A DNA stretch of 64,000 nucleotides from Proteromonas lacertae. Lineage: Eukaryota. Positions 14,336 to 29,671 of the stretch are shown here, piece after piece. Made by a program: the position numbers and the translations under genes. Location of the stretch: positions 1-64,000 of the forward strand of contig NGBS01001167.1 of NCBI GenBank assembly GCA_002245135.1. Reading direction: 5' to 3'. Position 1 is the first letter of the stretch; each line of letters begins with the position of its first letter. The notes under the pieces are model-generated. The model saw only the letters and a list, made by a program, of their open reading frames with translations. It was not told the DNA's origin and did not search any database.

Positions 14336-14998
14336 TTAAGCCAAAACTTCTTTAATATCTTTAATAGTGGACTTGACTTTACCAACCATTTGATTTTGTT
14401 GTTCTTCTTCATACACTTTATCTTGTTCATCACAAACTGATAATATTTCTCTCTTACTTGATTCCATTAATCTTCCACTAATAAACAGTTCATCTACTAT
14501 ATAATACACTTTATCAAAATTATAAATGACATCCAATTCGCATACCTATAAAATATAACTTCAACTCTTATATATACATTTCCAAAATATTGATCTAAGA
14601 TTTCAACAAAATGTTGTATTGTTTCAAGTGTCATTAATTCATTATCCTTTTTATCAATGTGAAATAGAAAATATAAACTAGCATATCTATTGATAATATA
14701 GTTAATTTACCAATTAAATAGAATACCTTCTATAAACTAATGTGCCTTCTCTATATTCAAGAAAATTGCATAATCTTTCATTTCTAGCTAGAATTAGGGC
14801 AGTAACTTCTCTAGTAATTCTTGCTTTATCCTAATGGAAGTATATACTACATTCACATACCTTTGATGATACAGTAAGATACCATTTCGATAATCTCACT
14901 TTACCTTGACGACTTATTAGAAGAATCCAATTGATCTAAATAGAAATAAGTACAATGCCCAATATGATAGAGAATGTAATAATAATATATACTGCCAT
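14336..14998 (-). CDS. AP1S: AP-1 adaptor complex sigma subunit
   Basis: Spliced product: MA|INWILLISRQGKVRLSKWY...ARNERLCNFLEY...VYRR|YASLYF...DNELMTLETIQHFVEILDQYFGN|VCELDVIYNFDKVYYIVDE. The ISRQGKVRL motif is sigma-1 type. Confidence 0.9.
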
Positions 14999-15150
14999 AA
15001 AATAGATTTATATTAAAGATAACAAACACTCAAAAAATAGAAAAAAGAATTTTTGATCTTTCAAATGTCAAATTTACATTTACCATGTAACTATTATTTG
15101 TTTTACACATCTCAAAAGAAAAGTAGAAAAGATTATTAAATATATCATAA

Positions 15151-18100
15151 TTATATTGAAAACTGTGATTGAGACCAAGGTCCATGTCCTGCATTGTTAT
15201 TTGCTCTTAATTGAACTGTATAAGTCGTTTCTGGAACTAATTCACATAAAGTCACAACTGTATCTATGATTCTATCACAGTATTTCCAATCATAATTATT
15301 ATTTTCAAATTCTGCTCTATATCTCAAATCATAATTAGAAACTGGAGATCCATTATCAACAGGTCTAGTCCACTCAATAGTAGCGGTTGTATCAGTCTTT
15401 TCAATTAATTTAGGTGATGACATTAAACCAGGAACACCAGCAGGAGTAGTATATATATCTAAATTACACTTATAAATTGATTCACCATATTCATTTTTTG
15501 ATTTTATTCTAAATAGATATTCACAGCATGGATATAAGTTTTGAACTGTATAATTAAGTGATTTGATGTTAGTGATAGCATACCATTTATTCATTTTATC
15601 TTTATTAACAGCACTTAAGCTTGTTATATTATTTGTCTTTAATGAGGATGTAGTAATCATTTGTGTAAATTGTAATGGTTTATATTCCAAAATATATTCT
15701 TTTATTTTTGAACCATTATCTTTACTAGCACTCCAAGCACAATAGATTGTTTTACCATCAATTACTTTTACAATAAATGAAGTAGGAGGATCTGGAATAT
15801 CTTTCAATGTTTTAATTGTATTTGAATAGATATAATCACTTTTACCAAGTTTATTATAACAACATAGCCTAAATTGATAATAGTTATTTGGTTTTAGATT
15901 TATTACATTATAAAGACTTTTAGATGGATTTGTTAGAGTTGCTATATTTTGCCATTCTATACCAGGAACATATGTTAATGGTGCAAATGGGATTTTTATA
16001 TTTCTATGTATTTTTGGATTGTATAATATATAATTATTCCTACTACTGCTGTTACCATCACTTTGAGGTTTTTCCCAACACACTTCCATTGTTAAATTAT
16101 TGTAATAATACATTAAACCACTGTCTTTATCATATATTTCATACCATCTATTAGATAGTAAATTTGTATTATGTTCATTCTTATCATTGTTTGTTTGATT
16201 ATTATTTACTTCATTTAAATCTTTTGTTTGTGTTGATTTATCTTCAGAAGTAGCTGGATAAATACTTCCTGTAACAGTATTATAGTATATTACTTTATTA
16301 TTCTTCACTATTTCATCATAAATAATTGGTAATTTGTCATTCAATAAATGATGATTTGCTGTACATCCCATTGGTTGTAGAAGTAATGAATTTGTTGGTA
16401 AATCTGGTACAATTTCATTGGTATCTAAGTTCTGATAGTATAAAGTATTTGTATCTCTATTTCTATATAATTTCCATATTCCATCATTACTTTCCAACAT
16501 ATTAATTTCATATTTATTAATTTTATATCCATTACATCTTGGAATTGTCCATTCTAACATTAAAGTCCTTGCTTTTATATCACTAATTGTTAAAATAGAA
16601 GGAGTATTTGGTATGGAAGGTTCTGTAATCATTTCTACACTAAATGATCCATAATCACCATATCCATTCTTATTATAAGCTCTAATTCTCACTATATGAA
16701 TATCTGATGGGTATAAATTATCAATAACAGTAGAAAATGAACAATTCTCACAGGAGATTGGTGATATGAATTTATCATTTGGTACTGTCATAGTAAACTG
16801 TGAATCTGGATTGTATTCCTCTTGTTCAAAAGATCTTTTCATTATATACAACTCAAATTGGGTTACTATTGAGCCATGATCGTCAGGATAATTCCAACTG
16901 ATTTCTAGCGTATTCATTGTTCTATTTTCTAACGTTGGTGCTACTACAGATCCTGGAACAGATGATTTTGTATAAATTGTTTCTGATATATATGGAACAC
17001 CTTTACCTAAACCATTTACTGCTGTAATTTTGATTCTAAATTCTTTACCACTATCCAAATTGAATAAAACATAATCAGTATTATAATATTCTAATTCCAT
17101 TGTAATCCAATCAGAATTACTATTATTATTATTATTACTATCAATTGGTAAATATTCAATAATATAATTATCAATTGAATAACCATTATCACAAGGTTCT
17201 TCCCATTGAAAATGAATACTTGAAACTGTTGTTTCGATAATTTTGAAGTTAATTATTGGGTCAGGAACATCACAGTTTGTTATAAATGACAAAGTTGGTG
17301 ATTTTGGACTTAAACCAATACTATTCCTTGAATATACGCTATTTAAATAATAATATAATACAATATAATATAATATATATATATACTTCACTTGATATTC
17401 TGTTCCAGGTTTTAAATGATCAATAACAATATTACACAGTTCACTATGCAAAATAATGTTCTTTTCATATTCAATCAAATATTCAGTAATTGGACTTCCA
17501 TTATCATTTGGTTCAGACCAAATTAATTCAACACTACGTGAATACAATGAAGCAATTGATAAACCAAATGGAAAATCAGGTAAAGATGGTTTTGTTTGAA
17601 TATAATCGCTCTTTTCTATTTCATCCCAATCAGTTGTAACATTATCAGGTTTTATTCTAAATCGATAATAAGTAAAAGGCCTTAGATTCTTTACCACAAA
17701 ATGATTTTCTTTTACATGTCTTGCTATTAATATCCAATCTTCATATTCTTCAGGTAAATCTTTATCTTTACCTATTGAAGTCATCATTATATCACTGCAA
17801 ACATTAACAAAATCATAATCATTATCACTTGGTCTTAATTCACTTCGATGATTGTTGTTATTTCCTATGTTCCATTCAATATCAATATAATCACAACCTA
17901 TTTCACGAGGAGTTCCAGCTTCGTATGTATAATATACACTACTTTCAATTGAATAATCACTCCAACCTTCTTGATTCTTTACTTTTACTCTGAATTGATA
18001 TCCTTTTCCTGGTTTTAAATTCTCAATATTACATCGATCAATTTCGAATATTTCTTTACATTCAATCCATTCTGATTCTTGATTTAATCCATCGTTGGTT

Positions 18101-19104
18101 ATTTCTTTATATTGTACAATATTACTTTCTATTGGATAACCATTCTCTTTACCATTATCCCACTTTATTGTTATTGAAATTGCTGTATAATTTAAAACGA
18201 CTATATTTTCAGGATGATTTGGATGGTAAGTGCCTGATTTCAATTGTACCATTTTACTAAATCCACTCCATCCCGCTTTATTATGACATCTAATAGTAAT
18301 ATAATAATCAGTATATGGTAATAAATGCTTAATTGTATAATCAGCAAATGCTTCTGGTTGATTCTCTGTTAATTTGGTTATATGAAGTGGAGTTAGATTA
18401 TTCTTATTTAACCCATAATATATTTCATAATCTGTCACATTTGATCCATTATAATTGGGTAATTTCCATTGTATTTGTATTGTATTATGTGTATTTGACA
18501 GTAATTCTGGTGGATTTGGGGTTAATGGTGGTTCTCTTAATAGATCTGCTATATTCTCTTGATGATATTCTTCTGCTACTGATATTGCATATTCTCCTCT
18601 ATTATCAGGTACATGCTTATCAGCTCCATATTGTAGTAATAACAAAACAATTGATTCTTTACCATTTGAACATGCTAAATGTAATGGTGTATAGCCAGTT
18701 AACTATTATGTTATAATAATAATATATAAGTTTATATATACTTTCGAACGAGTATTTACATCCGCTTTATTATCTAACAAATATTTACATACTTTGTCAT
18801 ATCCAAATTCTGAACAACTGTGTAAAGCTGTCAATCCTGTATTTGATCTTTTCATGTCTAATATGTTCGGATTTGATTCATATAACTTTTTAACTTTCTC
18901 TAGATTGCCTTTAGAAGCATAATCAACAAAATTATCTACTAAACGCTGAAAATCTGTAGGATTAATTAGTATTTCTTTATCTTCTTTAGTTTTCGTAGTA
19001 TTGGATTTTTGTAGAGTTATATCTTCTTTCAATTCATCTTGATGATTGACAAGATGTTTTTCAGGGCTATTGTATTTATACTCATTTTTCGTTTCTCCAC
19101 TCAT
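15151..19104 (-). CDS. Ankyrin-repeat + multiple fibronectin type III + WW domain protein
   Basis: N-terminal ankyrin repeats (TGLTALHSCSEFG; GYTPLHLAC at ~18670-18700) and about 8 FN3 repeats (W..P..NGS.I..Y; L.P...Y.FR...N..G). WW domain RWYEIYDKDSGLMYYYNNLTMEVCWEKP. No signal peptide is visible. Confidence 0.88.
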
Positions 19105-19465
19105 CTTATCTATTACTATAATAGATTTTGAAAAATCAACAAATAAAAGTTCAAGCCTAACAAGCTAAAAAACGACAATAAAAGAAATAACCTTTCAAAT
19201 TATCAAAGAAAAAATGGATTTATGGTTATTCTACTTATACAAAATGCTTAATTTTTATATGGTTAATGTAATGTGTAAATATACTCTTTCTTTAAAATTA
19301 GTTGAAAATGTAATCTCTAATAAATGATTTATTGTGATTGGATATTCTGTCTTCATTAAAAATTCATCGTGACTAAACAAATTCACATCTTTGTAAAGAG
19401 AAATAAAGTAAAATTGATCAAGCTTACTCAAACAATCCAATCAGAAACGAACACATATTTATTAA

Positions 19466-20760
19466 ATGAAATATCTTAACTACCTCTGCGTATTCTCTTT
19501 TGCTTTACTCTTCCTCTCATTTGCATCTTGCTTGGATGATTACAACGATACACTGGGAGTTAGAACAATACCAATTGTATGTTTTGTGATTTTAAATCAG
19601 TAATAGAAATACAACACATCTGAAAATACATCAAATAATGCTGATTCAGAAGAAATGAAATATGAAAAGATGAAAACTATTCTAGAAGTATAAAATCTAA
19701 TTTTAGATAATAGGGATTACCAGAACCAGAGCCAGAATTGAAGCATTTAGATGGTAAATCAAAAGAAGAAATACGTGAAATACTACAAGTATAAATAATT
19801 CAATAATTCGAATAATTAGACAATATGGGATAGAAGACAGAAAGAATTAAAAGAAGCAATGGAATCAATGACTAGTGATGCAAAAGAAATGAAAGATAGA
19901 ATCAACATAATACTCAATGAAGAATCAACAGAAGATGATATTCTTCTCGCAATAGACGATTTAGAATATTACACAACAGATTTAAACAATGCAAAAGATT
20001 TAGATGGAATGGGTGGGTTTAGTCTAATGGTACATATATTAAATGACACAAATTCAACAACAGCAATGAAAAGAGGAGTGTTGAGTTTATTTGGAACATG
20101 TGTAAAGAACGATAGAGATGTGCAAGATATGTCAATGAAATATCATCCAATAGAATCAATACTTAAAGCATTACAAAATTCAATAACTTCAGAAGATGAA
20201 TTGACAATGAAAAAGGCAATTTATTGTATTGGAAGTTTGTTAAGACATAATCCATCAGTATTTTTATTATTATTTTTTATTTTTATTTATTTAGGCACAA
20301 ATTGAGTTTAATAATTTCAATGGATTTGAACATTTCGATACTTTAATCAAAGAAAATAAGATAAATATCGATTTAAAGAAGAAAATATTCAACTTGATTA
20401 GTGATTTATTAGAAGAAGATACAACCGATTTTAATGAAAAGATAAAAGATTATTTCTCCAACTATTGTAAAGAATATTCAAGAGAATTCGTAGATAAAAA
20501 TGATCTAGAGTACAGAGAAAAGATATTGTTTGTTATATTATCAACTTTGAATTATTCTTATGATAAATGTTATTCAGATGTAATTCTAAATAAAGATTTT
20601 GTGGAGAAGTTTATTTCATATCGTGAACATTGGCTTAAAGAATTTAGTATTGTTTAAAATATATTATTATTATTATTAAATAGAGAGAGATAGAGATGGT
20701 GAATATATAAAATCGATGTTTGAATTAGTTCAAAAAATCTATAAATTATTGAAATTGTAA
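19466..20760 (+). CDS. SIL1/Fes1/HspBP1-like Hsp70 nucleotide-exchange factor with signal peptide
   Basis: Signal peptide MKYLNYLCVFSFALLFLSFASC; Fes1/SIL1 ARM motifs AIDDLEYYTTDLNNAKDLDGMGGF, GTCVKND..VQ and KKAIYCIGSLLRH; multi-exon; TAA 20758-20760. Confidence 0.78.
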
Positions 20761-20931
20761 ATCCTTTTATTTTTTTATTTTAAATGTATTGTTTTTGTAA
20801 TATTAAAATAAATATAATATACTAAAAGGTTGAGTTATTTTTTCTCAAAACATTGTATATTTACCACTGAATGACTCAAATTTTACAATTCTGTAAATTT
20901 TGTTGTAGATCAAACAAATTATTGTATAAAA

Positions 20932-23900
20932 ATGAGAAGAAATCAATCAAATACTCATGAAAAGAAAGTTAAAGTAAAATATATAGATAAAAAAGAAGAT
21001 CATATGTTCATTGTTCATATATCTAAAACTATCACATTAAAGGCTTTGAAAAAAATAGTATGTGATAAAATAAATAAAAGTACATATGATGGAAGCACAG
21101 TTAAAGAAAAATACCTTATCTTGTCATATAAAGATGGAACAGAAGAATTAAGACTAGATAATATCAAAATAGTCTTTAGAGATGATATAACACTTCTTTG
21201 TGCTAAAATAAAGGATTATAAAGAGATTGGACAAAGATTTTGCTGATTACAAACCTAGAGACTACATGATGGAGATATTATATAATTATGATCCTCAAGA
21301 TGATGAAACTAATTCAAACTTGTGGTGTAAATCAGTTAAACTGATGATTGATAAATACTTGTATCAGTATGTATTTGAATGTGGCAGCCACTGTAAAAAT
21401 GTGAAATATATTATTAGCTTGTTTTATATCTTGTATGAACATTTTACGACGGAAAAAATCTATCTATTTGTGCTCAAGACTGTAAGTAGAATAGATATTA
21501 GCAGAATAGTCATTTCGAACTATATTTCAACATTATGTGATGAATATTGTAACAGAATTGTTGAAAGATGTACTTTTAATAGAGAAACTAGAGTAGATCT
21601 ATTATTAATTCAATCGCTATGCTTTCTGTCTTCATATCAACGTGAAATGAAAGAAAAATGGGAAGTTACAACAATGAAGTCTATTATAGAAAAGTTAAAA
21701 CCAGTAGAATATCTCTTATCAAAGAGAATAAAAGAGTATTATACAATAGTAGATAAGTATTTAAGTTTATACGATGAAGATTCATTTTTAATTGAAGGAT
21801 TGCCAATTATACCAACTTTAGAAGAAATTCATTCAAATGAGAATACAATTTTATCAATCCTGAGGGATAATAAACTCAATGGTTATAAATGTATCAGAGA
21901 TTATTTAACTACTCATTATCTATTATTCAGAGCAGATGTATTATTGCCATTACAAGAAACAGTAAATGTATTATTATGATCATATATATATATATATTAG
22001 ATTGCCAGTAATAACAGTAATACTAATAATCCTGCTAATCATAATGAATTCTGTTATTCATATAAAAATGTGAAATGTGTATCATTTGACTATGATTTGC
22101 AGTTTGGATTACTATATCAAATAGAATTTGATAAACCATATGCTAAATTAAAATGGAAATTCTCGTATTATTAATTATTTTGTAATTTTTTATAGAAAGA
22201 GATTGCAGTTTGGAACATTATTATGTATTACTCCTAATAATTATAAGACATTAATTTGGTGTACTTTGGCAAATCGTAAATCTCTGGATGATGATAAAGA
22301 ATCATCAAATGAACGACCTAAAATAACAGTAAAAGTTTTATCATCGGATAATAATATGATTGGTAAATTACAATCTGGAATAAACTATGAAATGGCAGAA
22401 TCTCCAGAGGTGTTTTTTGAAGCTTATGTATATAATAATAACTAGTATTATGTATAGAAATATACTTTGATATCATTAAGAGAGAAAATACGTAATCCAG
22501 AATATGAACTACCATTCAAAGCAAATCTAGTAGATGGAATAGAGTATGTTTCTCAACCATCATATCTTAATGAATTAACTACATATAAAATGGATTCTGT
22601 ATTTCCAAATAATCAGATTCTAAGAATATTAGGAAAATGGCCTAGTTATGAAGAATGTAAAAGCTTAGATGAAAGTCAATTAGAAGCATTGAAGAACATG
22701 TTAACAAAGCAAATTAGTCTAGTTCAAGTATAATGACAATTATAATTGTTAATATAGGGACCTCCAGGAACAGGTAAAACATATGTTGGTTCATTAGCTG
22801 TAAAGATTTTGTTAGAGAATCATAAATATGAAGGTCCAATATTAGTAGTTTGCTATACAAATCATGCATTAGATCAATTTCTAGAAACTTTTACTGATGT
22901 GTTAAAACCAGGTGAATTAATTCGAATTGGAGGTAGATGTAAATCAGAAAAACTTAAAGATTATTCGTTGAAATTATTGACTGATAAGCAGAGGGATGAA
23001 TTAATGCAAAAAGCAAAAAAGCATAAATATGATGAGTTTAACAATCAATATTGGAATGTATATTTATTAATATATATATATTACATTTTTTTATAGATTA
23101 AAGATGAAGTGAAAGAGTTACAACCAAGAATGGATATCTATAAAACAATATCAAACAAACCAATATCTTTTTGATTAATTATGATAATTTTTCCTTAATA
23201 TATTTATATTAGTGTATATGCTCTAGATAAAAAAAAATCTATTAGTAAATCTGAAATGAAAGAATTAATGAGATTAGATCCATCAAATCCTTTACCATAT
23301 ATTTCATACTCATTACTTCAGAAACATATCAGAACTGAATATTTCATCGATTTAGACTCATTTATTGAAGAAGAAGAAGATCCTTCCCATTTATATGCTT
23401 ATGATCCTTTATTCAAATGGATTAATCAAAATGAATATAATAAACAGAAAACTGAAACAAAAAAGGTGAATGATGAAAAGATAGATGAGATGTTTAAGAG
23501 ATGGTTTAATATGATTCATTTTTCAGAAGATTCATTTCATCTAAAATGTGAAGATGATATAGATTCTGACTGTGATGATGATATTAGTATAGATATAAAA
23601 TGGATCAGAAAAAAAGAAAGTAATTCCGATTTCTATTCAATATATGATAGATATTATAAAGATTATACTTTACATTATAGTAAAGCATTTAAAGAGTATA
23701 TGAATATAAACATGGAAGGAGGATTATGGTCTTTGACACAGTCAGAAAGAGAAGAGTTATATAAAAAATGGATGATGAATCATTATTCAAAGATATATGA
23801 AAATTATCAAGTATATTTTGAAATGTACAAAAGTCTCTCTAAAGAATCAGAAAAACTTAAAATTGATAAAGAAATATCAATATTGAATAAATCAAAAATG

Positions 23901-26900
23901 ATTGGAATGACAGTCACAGGAGCTGCTAGATTAGTTGATATGATAAACCAATTAGGAGTTGAAGTGATAGTTATTGAAGAAGCAGGAGAAGTGTTAGAAG
24001 CTCATACTTTAGCATTATTGTGCGAGTCATTGAAACATTTGATATTGATTGGAGATCATAAGCAATTAAGACCATCTGTAGTAAATTTCAATTTAGAAAA
24101 TAAATATCATTTAACAAGATCGTTATTTGAAAGATTAGTGCTGAATGGACTTGAAAAAGTGATGTTAAAAACACAAAGAAGAATGAGACCTGAAATATCT
24201 GAATTAATTAAATCTCCTTCATTATATCCTGATTTAGAAGATCATGAAAGTACATTAAATCGAAGTAATATTCGTGGCTTAGTCTATAATGTTTATTTCT
24301 TTGATCATACTGTTTTAGAACCTGAATTTGATCATAAAAGTGTAGAAAGTCACAGTAAAGTGAATAAGCATGAATGTGAAATGATAATTCATTTTATAAA
24401 GTATTTACTTCAAGTAGGATATAAGCCAGAACAGATAACAGTATTAAGTTTCTATTTAGGTCAATGCCAACTAATTAATGAAGAATGCTGTAAGTTATTA
24501 GGAAAAGAAACAACAAAGAAATTTAAAATAATTGCAGTTGATAATTTTCAAGGTGAAGAAAATGATATTATAATATTCAGTGCAGTTCGAAGTAATTTGA
24601 GAAATTCAATAGGATTTTGTAGAGTAGAAAATCGAGTAAATGTTGCTTTATCTCGAGCAAGAGATGGTTTATTTATGTTTGGTAATATGGATTGTTTAAT
24701 AAATGGAAGTCATAATCGAAGTGTATTTCCTGAAACAAATCTATGGGATTATATAAAAGAAACATTGACTAAAAGAAATATGATAGGAAATAGTTTGCCA
24801 TTAGTATGTCCAAATCATGATGATAGATTCTATTCTATCAAAACAGTGGAAGATTTTGATAAATACTGTCCAAATGGAACATGTGGAGAGATATGTAAAA
24901 GAAGAATGAAATGCGGACATAGTTGTAAATTGCCTTGCCATTTTGATGAATGTGAAGATCACTGTAAAGAAAACTGTCCAGCAAAATTATCATGTGGTCA
25001 TCAATGTAAAGGCAAATGTTATGAGTGTAAAAGTGGCCATATTCCTTGTTTAGAACCATGTGAAAAGATACTTGTTGGATGTGATCATAGATGTCAAAAC
25101 AAGTGTTATGAGGAATGTACAAAGATGTGTTTAGAAATGATTGATGTCACACTTCCATGTAATCATAATAAGAGAATCCATTGTTATGAAAAATCAGATT
25201 TGAATAAAGTAAAATGCGAAAATGTATTTTTGTTTATATGTTTTTATATTTGTTTAGGATTGTAATAGGCAAATGAATTGTAATCACAAATGTAAAGGCA
25301 AGTGTTTTGAATGTAAAAATGGTCATATTCCTTGTTCAGAACCATGTGAAAGAAATCTAATTAGATGTGGACATAGATGTCAAAACAAGTGTTATGAGGA
25401 ATGTACAAAGATGTGTTTAGAAATGATTGATGTCACACTTCCATGTAATCATAATAAGAGAATCCATTGTTATGAAAAATCAGATTTGAATAAAGTAAAA
25501 TGCGAAAATGTATTTTTGTTTATATGTTTTTATATTTGTTTAGGATTGTAATAGGCAAATGAATTGTAATCACAAATGTAGAGGAAAGTGTTTTGAATGT
25601 AAAAATGGTCATATTCCTTGTTCAGAGCCATGTGAAAGAAAATTGAAATGTGGACATAAATGTTATAACAAATGTTATGAAGAATGTACAAGTAAATGTA
25701 TGGAAATGATAGAAGTGACACTCCCATGCAATCATGAAAAGAGAATATATTGTTATGAAAGATTCAATTTGAATGAAATAAAATGTTATGTTAGACTTGA
25801 AATGCATTTATCATGTAATCATATTGCAGAATTTTATTGTTATGAAAGAGGAAACAGAAGTATATATGAATGTAAACATCCTTGTGGAAAACAATTAAAA
25901 TGTGGTCATATATGTAAAGGTTGTTGTTATAAATGTAGAGATGGTCATATACAATGTAAAGAGATAGTATCGAAGGAAATTGTTTGTGGACATACTAGAG
26001 AATATGAATGTAATATTCTTGCTAGTCAAGAAGGTATTTTAGGGGTATGTATTTATTATTATTTATATTATTAGTTTATTAAAAAATTCTTTGATGTATA
26101 TCGTTGTGAAAAACCTTGTTTGAAAAAATTTCCTTGTGGACACAATTGTCCAAACAAATGTTGCGAGAATTGTTCAAGTAAATGTCAACAGATTGAAATA
26201 GTTACTAAATCATGTGGACATTCATGCAGAGTAAAGTGCTATGAAAAGAGTGATGTATTAAATTCTCAATGTAATGTTTTGATAAGTAAGACTTTATCTT
26301 GTGGACATAGAATAGAATATCGTTGTTGTAAAAGAAATACCAGAGAAGAAATATTTTGTACAAATGGATGCGAAAGTAGATTAGAATGTGGACATTTATG
26401 TAGTGGTATTTGTGGTGATTGTATAGATAGTAACAAGCATAAAAAATGTAATAAACCGTGTGAAAGAATACTTCCATGTGGTCATAAATGCCAGAATAAA
26501 TGTGGTGAAGAATGTAATGTTAATTGTTGTGAGTTAATCACAACAATTCTTCCATGCAAACATAATAAAAAGATAAGATGCTACCAACAGTCTAACTTGA
26601 ATAATGTAAAATGCGACGAAGTAAATTACTATACATATCTATATTTATATAGAAATGTGAAAGAATACTTCCATGTGGTCATAAATGTCAGAATAGATGT
26701 GGTGAAGAATGTACAGAATTATGTAAAACAAAAATAAGAGTGAAACTTCCATGTCAACATACACAAGTAATATGTTGTTGTTACAAGGGGAATAACTTAA
26801 GAGATATAGAATGTAATGAGATAGTATATGTAAGATTGAAGTGTGGACATCCAGCTGCAGTAGAATGTAGTGAAAGAAGGATGATAGATAGAAGTAATTT

Positions 26901-27136
26901 TGTATAAATATTTTCAATAATTCTGCTTATAGGAATGCAAAGAAATGTGTTTAGTGGAATATCCATGTGGACATTACAAAAGAGTTATGTGTTGTGATAG
27001 AAAAGATACAAATATAAAATGTGAAGAAATAATAAATTTCATTCTACCTTGTGGTCATTCTAGAAGAATCATGTGTTTTGAAAAGAATGATACACATATA
27101 ATATGTGAAATGTGTAATAATGGAAGTGTACTTTAG
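20932..27136 (+). CDS. ZNFX1: ZNFX1-like SF1 (UPF1-like) RNA helicase with NF-X1-type Cys/His repeat array
   Basis: Walker A Q|GPPGTGKT spans an intron, followed by VVCYTNHALDQFLE, EEAGEVLEAH, LIGDHKQLRP, SLFERL, QRRMRPEIS, VDNFQGEENDII and NRVNVALSRAR, then many CGH.C...C repeats. One frame break near 21225. Confidence 0.9.
25086..25580 (+). repeat. Intragenic direct duplication, 286-bp period, including an intron
   Basis: 25086-25294 is identical to 25372-25580 (209 bp), including the 34-nt intron at 25224-25257 and 25510-25543. The unit is 252 coding nt plus the intron, so the frame is preserved. Confidence 0.9.
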
Positions 27137-27213
27137 TATTATTAATAATACACCATATATTTTAAGAAAGAAAAAATTGTTTAAAAATATATATCCGTTT
27201 TTATTTTCTTATT

Positions 27214-29544
27214 TTAAAAAAAATGACAACTATGCATAAATGAGATGGTGCCATTTTTCTTCTTATCATATAAACAATAATCAATATTATCATTTTCTTT
27301 CATGTAATTCTCCAAATAATCTGAATCGAATTTATTTCCTCTAATATCAAGCGTTTTTATTTTTCCATTTACATTCTTTAATCCATCTAACAAATATTTT
27401 AATCCAACTGAAGATAAACCCATTTCTATTACATATTAAATAATTAATAAAATACTTGAACAATTAATCTCATGAAAATGACTTAATAAATGTAAATGTG
27501 GAGATAATATTTTCATTCCTTCATCTCCTATTTTATTTTCATCTAAATAAAGTTGTTTAAGGTGCTTAAAAGAAGATAAATTGTTTATCAATATTTCTAT
27601 ACTTCGATAAGTTAGTTTATTACCTAATTAATAGAAAAATATCAAATTATACTACTCAAATCTAACTCATATATTGTTCTTAATTCATTTGATCTTAATG
27701 AAATGAATGATTTGATAAAATCATCATTAATCTCACACTTCCTTAGATTTATTGTATTATTTTTGATGTATTTTACTAATTCTGGAATGCTTCTATCAAT
27801 CAACAATTCTTTTCTTCCTTTAATATCAAATCTCACTTTTGAAATAGGAAATTTGGAGAATAAGGCTTTTAATCCTTTTGAATGAATATTATTTTTGTTA
27901 TTTTCGACAATTATATATTTCAGATTTGGATATTTATATAATTCTTCTGATAATAATATCATCGACTCATCATCTAAATTCATTCTCCTAAGATATAAAT
28001 AATTTCTATAAATCAATAAATGTAAATATGGTAGAAGCAATTTAAAGCCTATTGGACCAATTGGATTATCTATTTCAAAATAAATATAAATTTGAATAAA
28101 AAATACCAACAATATTAACATATTTCAAATTCATATATGGAATTGATTTGACAAATGATTCAACAAAATCAGAAGTTAGACTAAATAGTCTTATATCTAA
28201 TTCTTGAAGATTAGATAATTGTGAAAACAATGATCCAAATAAGGATTGATGTTGAATTGGGATAATATTACCTAATAATTTCTGATATGGATCTGTTAAT
28301 AAAAAATTGAGTTTTGTAGGTCTGATTAATTTCAATATTCTGAAGATATAATCAATTCCATATTCACATATACAAATATAGTTTGGATCAACTTTGATTA
28401 TATCTCCGTATCTTTCAATATAAAACATCATTTCATCTAAATAACATTTTCTTCCTTCTTTACATTGGTGATTAACATGAAATTTTAGTCTAGCTTTAAT
28501 TAAATAGTCTTTTATGAATAAGTTCATCATCACTAATATTGATAATATTCTTTCATTTGGCTTTTTATTGTAAGATTTTATAAAGAAATCTCTAATTTCT
28601 TCCCTTTTTTCACTTTCATAATAATACTCGAATGGAAATATTATTGGATATATAACAATCATATTATCACTATTATATAATATTTCTTTTCTTTCTCTAC
28701 ATATCATTAAACAATCTTCATCATCTTTCAACATTTCACTCACTTTTATCATTTCTTTTCTTAACTCTTTCATACTCATTCTTTCTTTCAATCATCACTT
28801 TCAACATTCTTCTTATCATTTCTTTCATTTTCTTGTTACTTTTTCTTTTAAAACTGTATTTACATCTCACAATATTCTCTTTTGTTTTATTCATATTATC
28901 ATTTTCATTAAATGGTAATTTCTTACAATTCATTTCATATAATATACAACCAATTGACCAAATTACACTTCTCTCATTATATTCTAATCCACTCAACTCT
29001 TCTGGGCTTTTAAAACAAACATCATACACTCTAGCATCTTCATCTTTTCTCAAAGTGTTTAAGAATAAATCACATATATTAATTCTATCATCTTCTTCAT
29101 ATACTATGTTACTACTCTTCAAATTACCTACCACTGCATTATATCCACTCAACATCAACAACATATCACATACACTACATATAATACTGCAAATATCACT
29201 TTGTGTAAAGGATTTACTATGAATCATTATTTCTAAGTCTTTTTCGTAATATTCTCTTGATATTATCATATATTCACCATTGTTACTCCATTCATATATT
29301 CTATAAGGATAAATAAACGACGAACAACTTTCACACAACAATGACTTATTCTCATTGAATTCTAATATCTTCTTTTCTTTTATTTCTGGTATTTTTATAA
29401 TCTTAATTGCATAAATACACTCTTTATGTCCTACAACTAAATCTACTTCACAAACACTTCTTTCTACTCTGTTTATTATCTATTATATATAGAATAATAG
29501 ATTCATACATTAAATTTCGATAAAATATTATCAACAATATTCAT
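27214..29544 (-). CDS. Pseudokinase + RI-like leucine-rich-repeat protein
   Basis: Kinase fold with a degenerate catalytic loop (VVGNLKSSNI, ICDLF, FKSPEEL, VIWSIGCILYEM), followed by LRRs (LSNLQELDI, NPIGPIGFKLL, NKIGDEGMKIL). Frame break near 28790. Confidence 0.75.
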
Positions 29545-29671
29545 TTCTAAAGATTTTATATTTTGGTGTTTTCTTTTTATCAAAAATTTTCGTAATTACA
29601 TTAAACCCAAATTATTAAAAAATCTGTTTAAACTAAACCAAATAAGCAATAAAAATAATAACAACGTTTTT

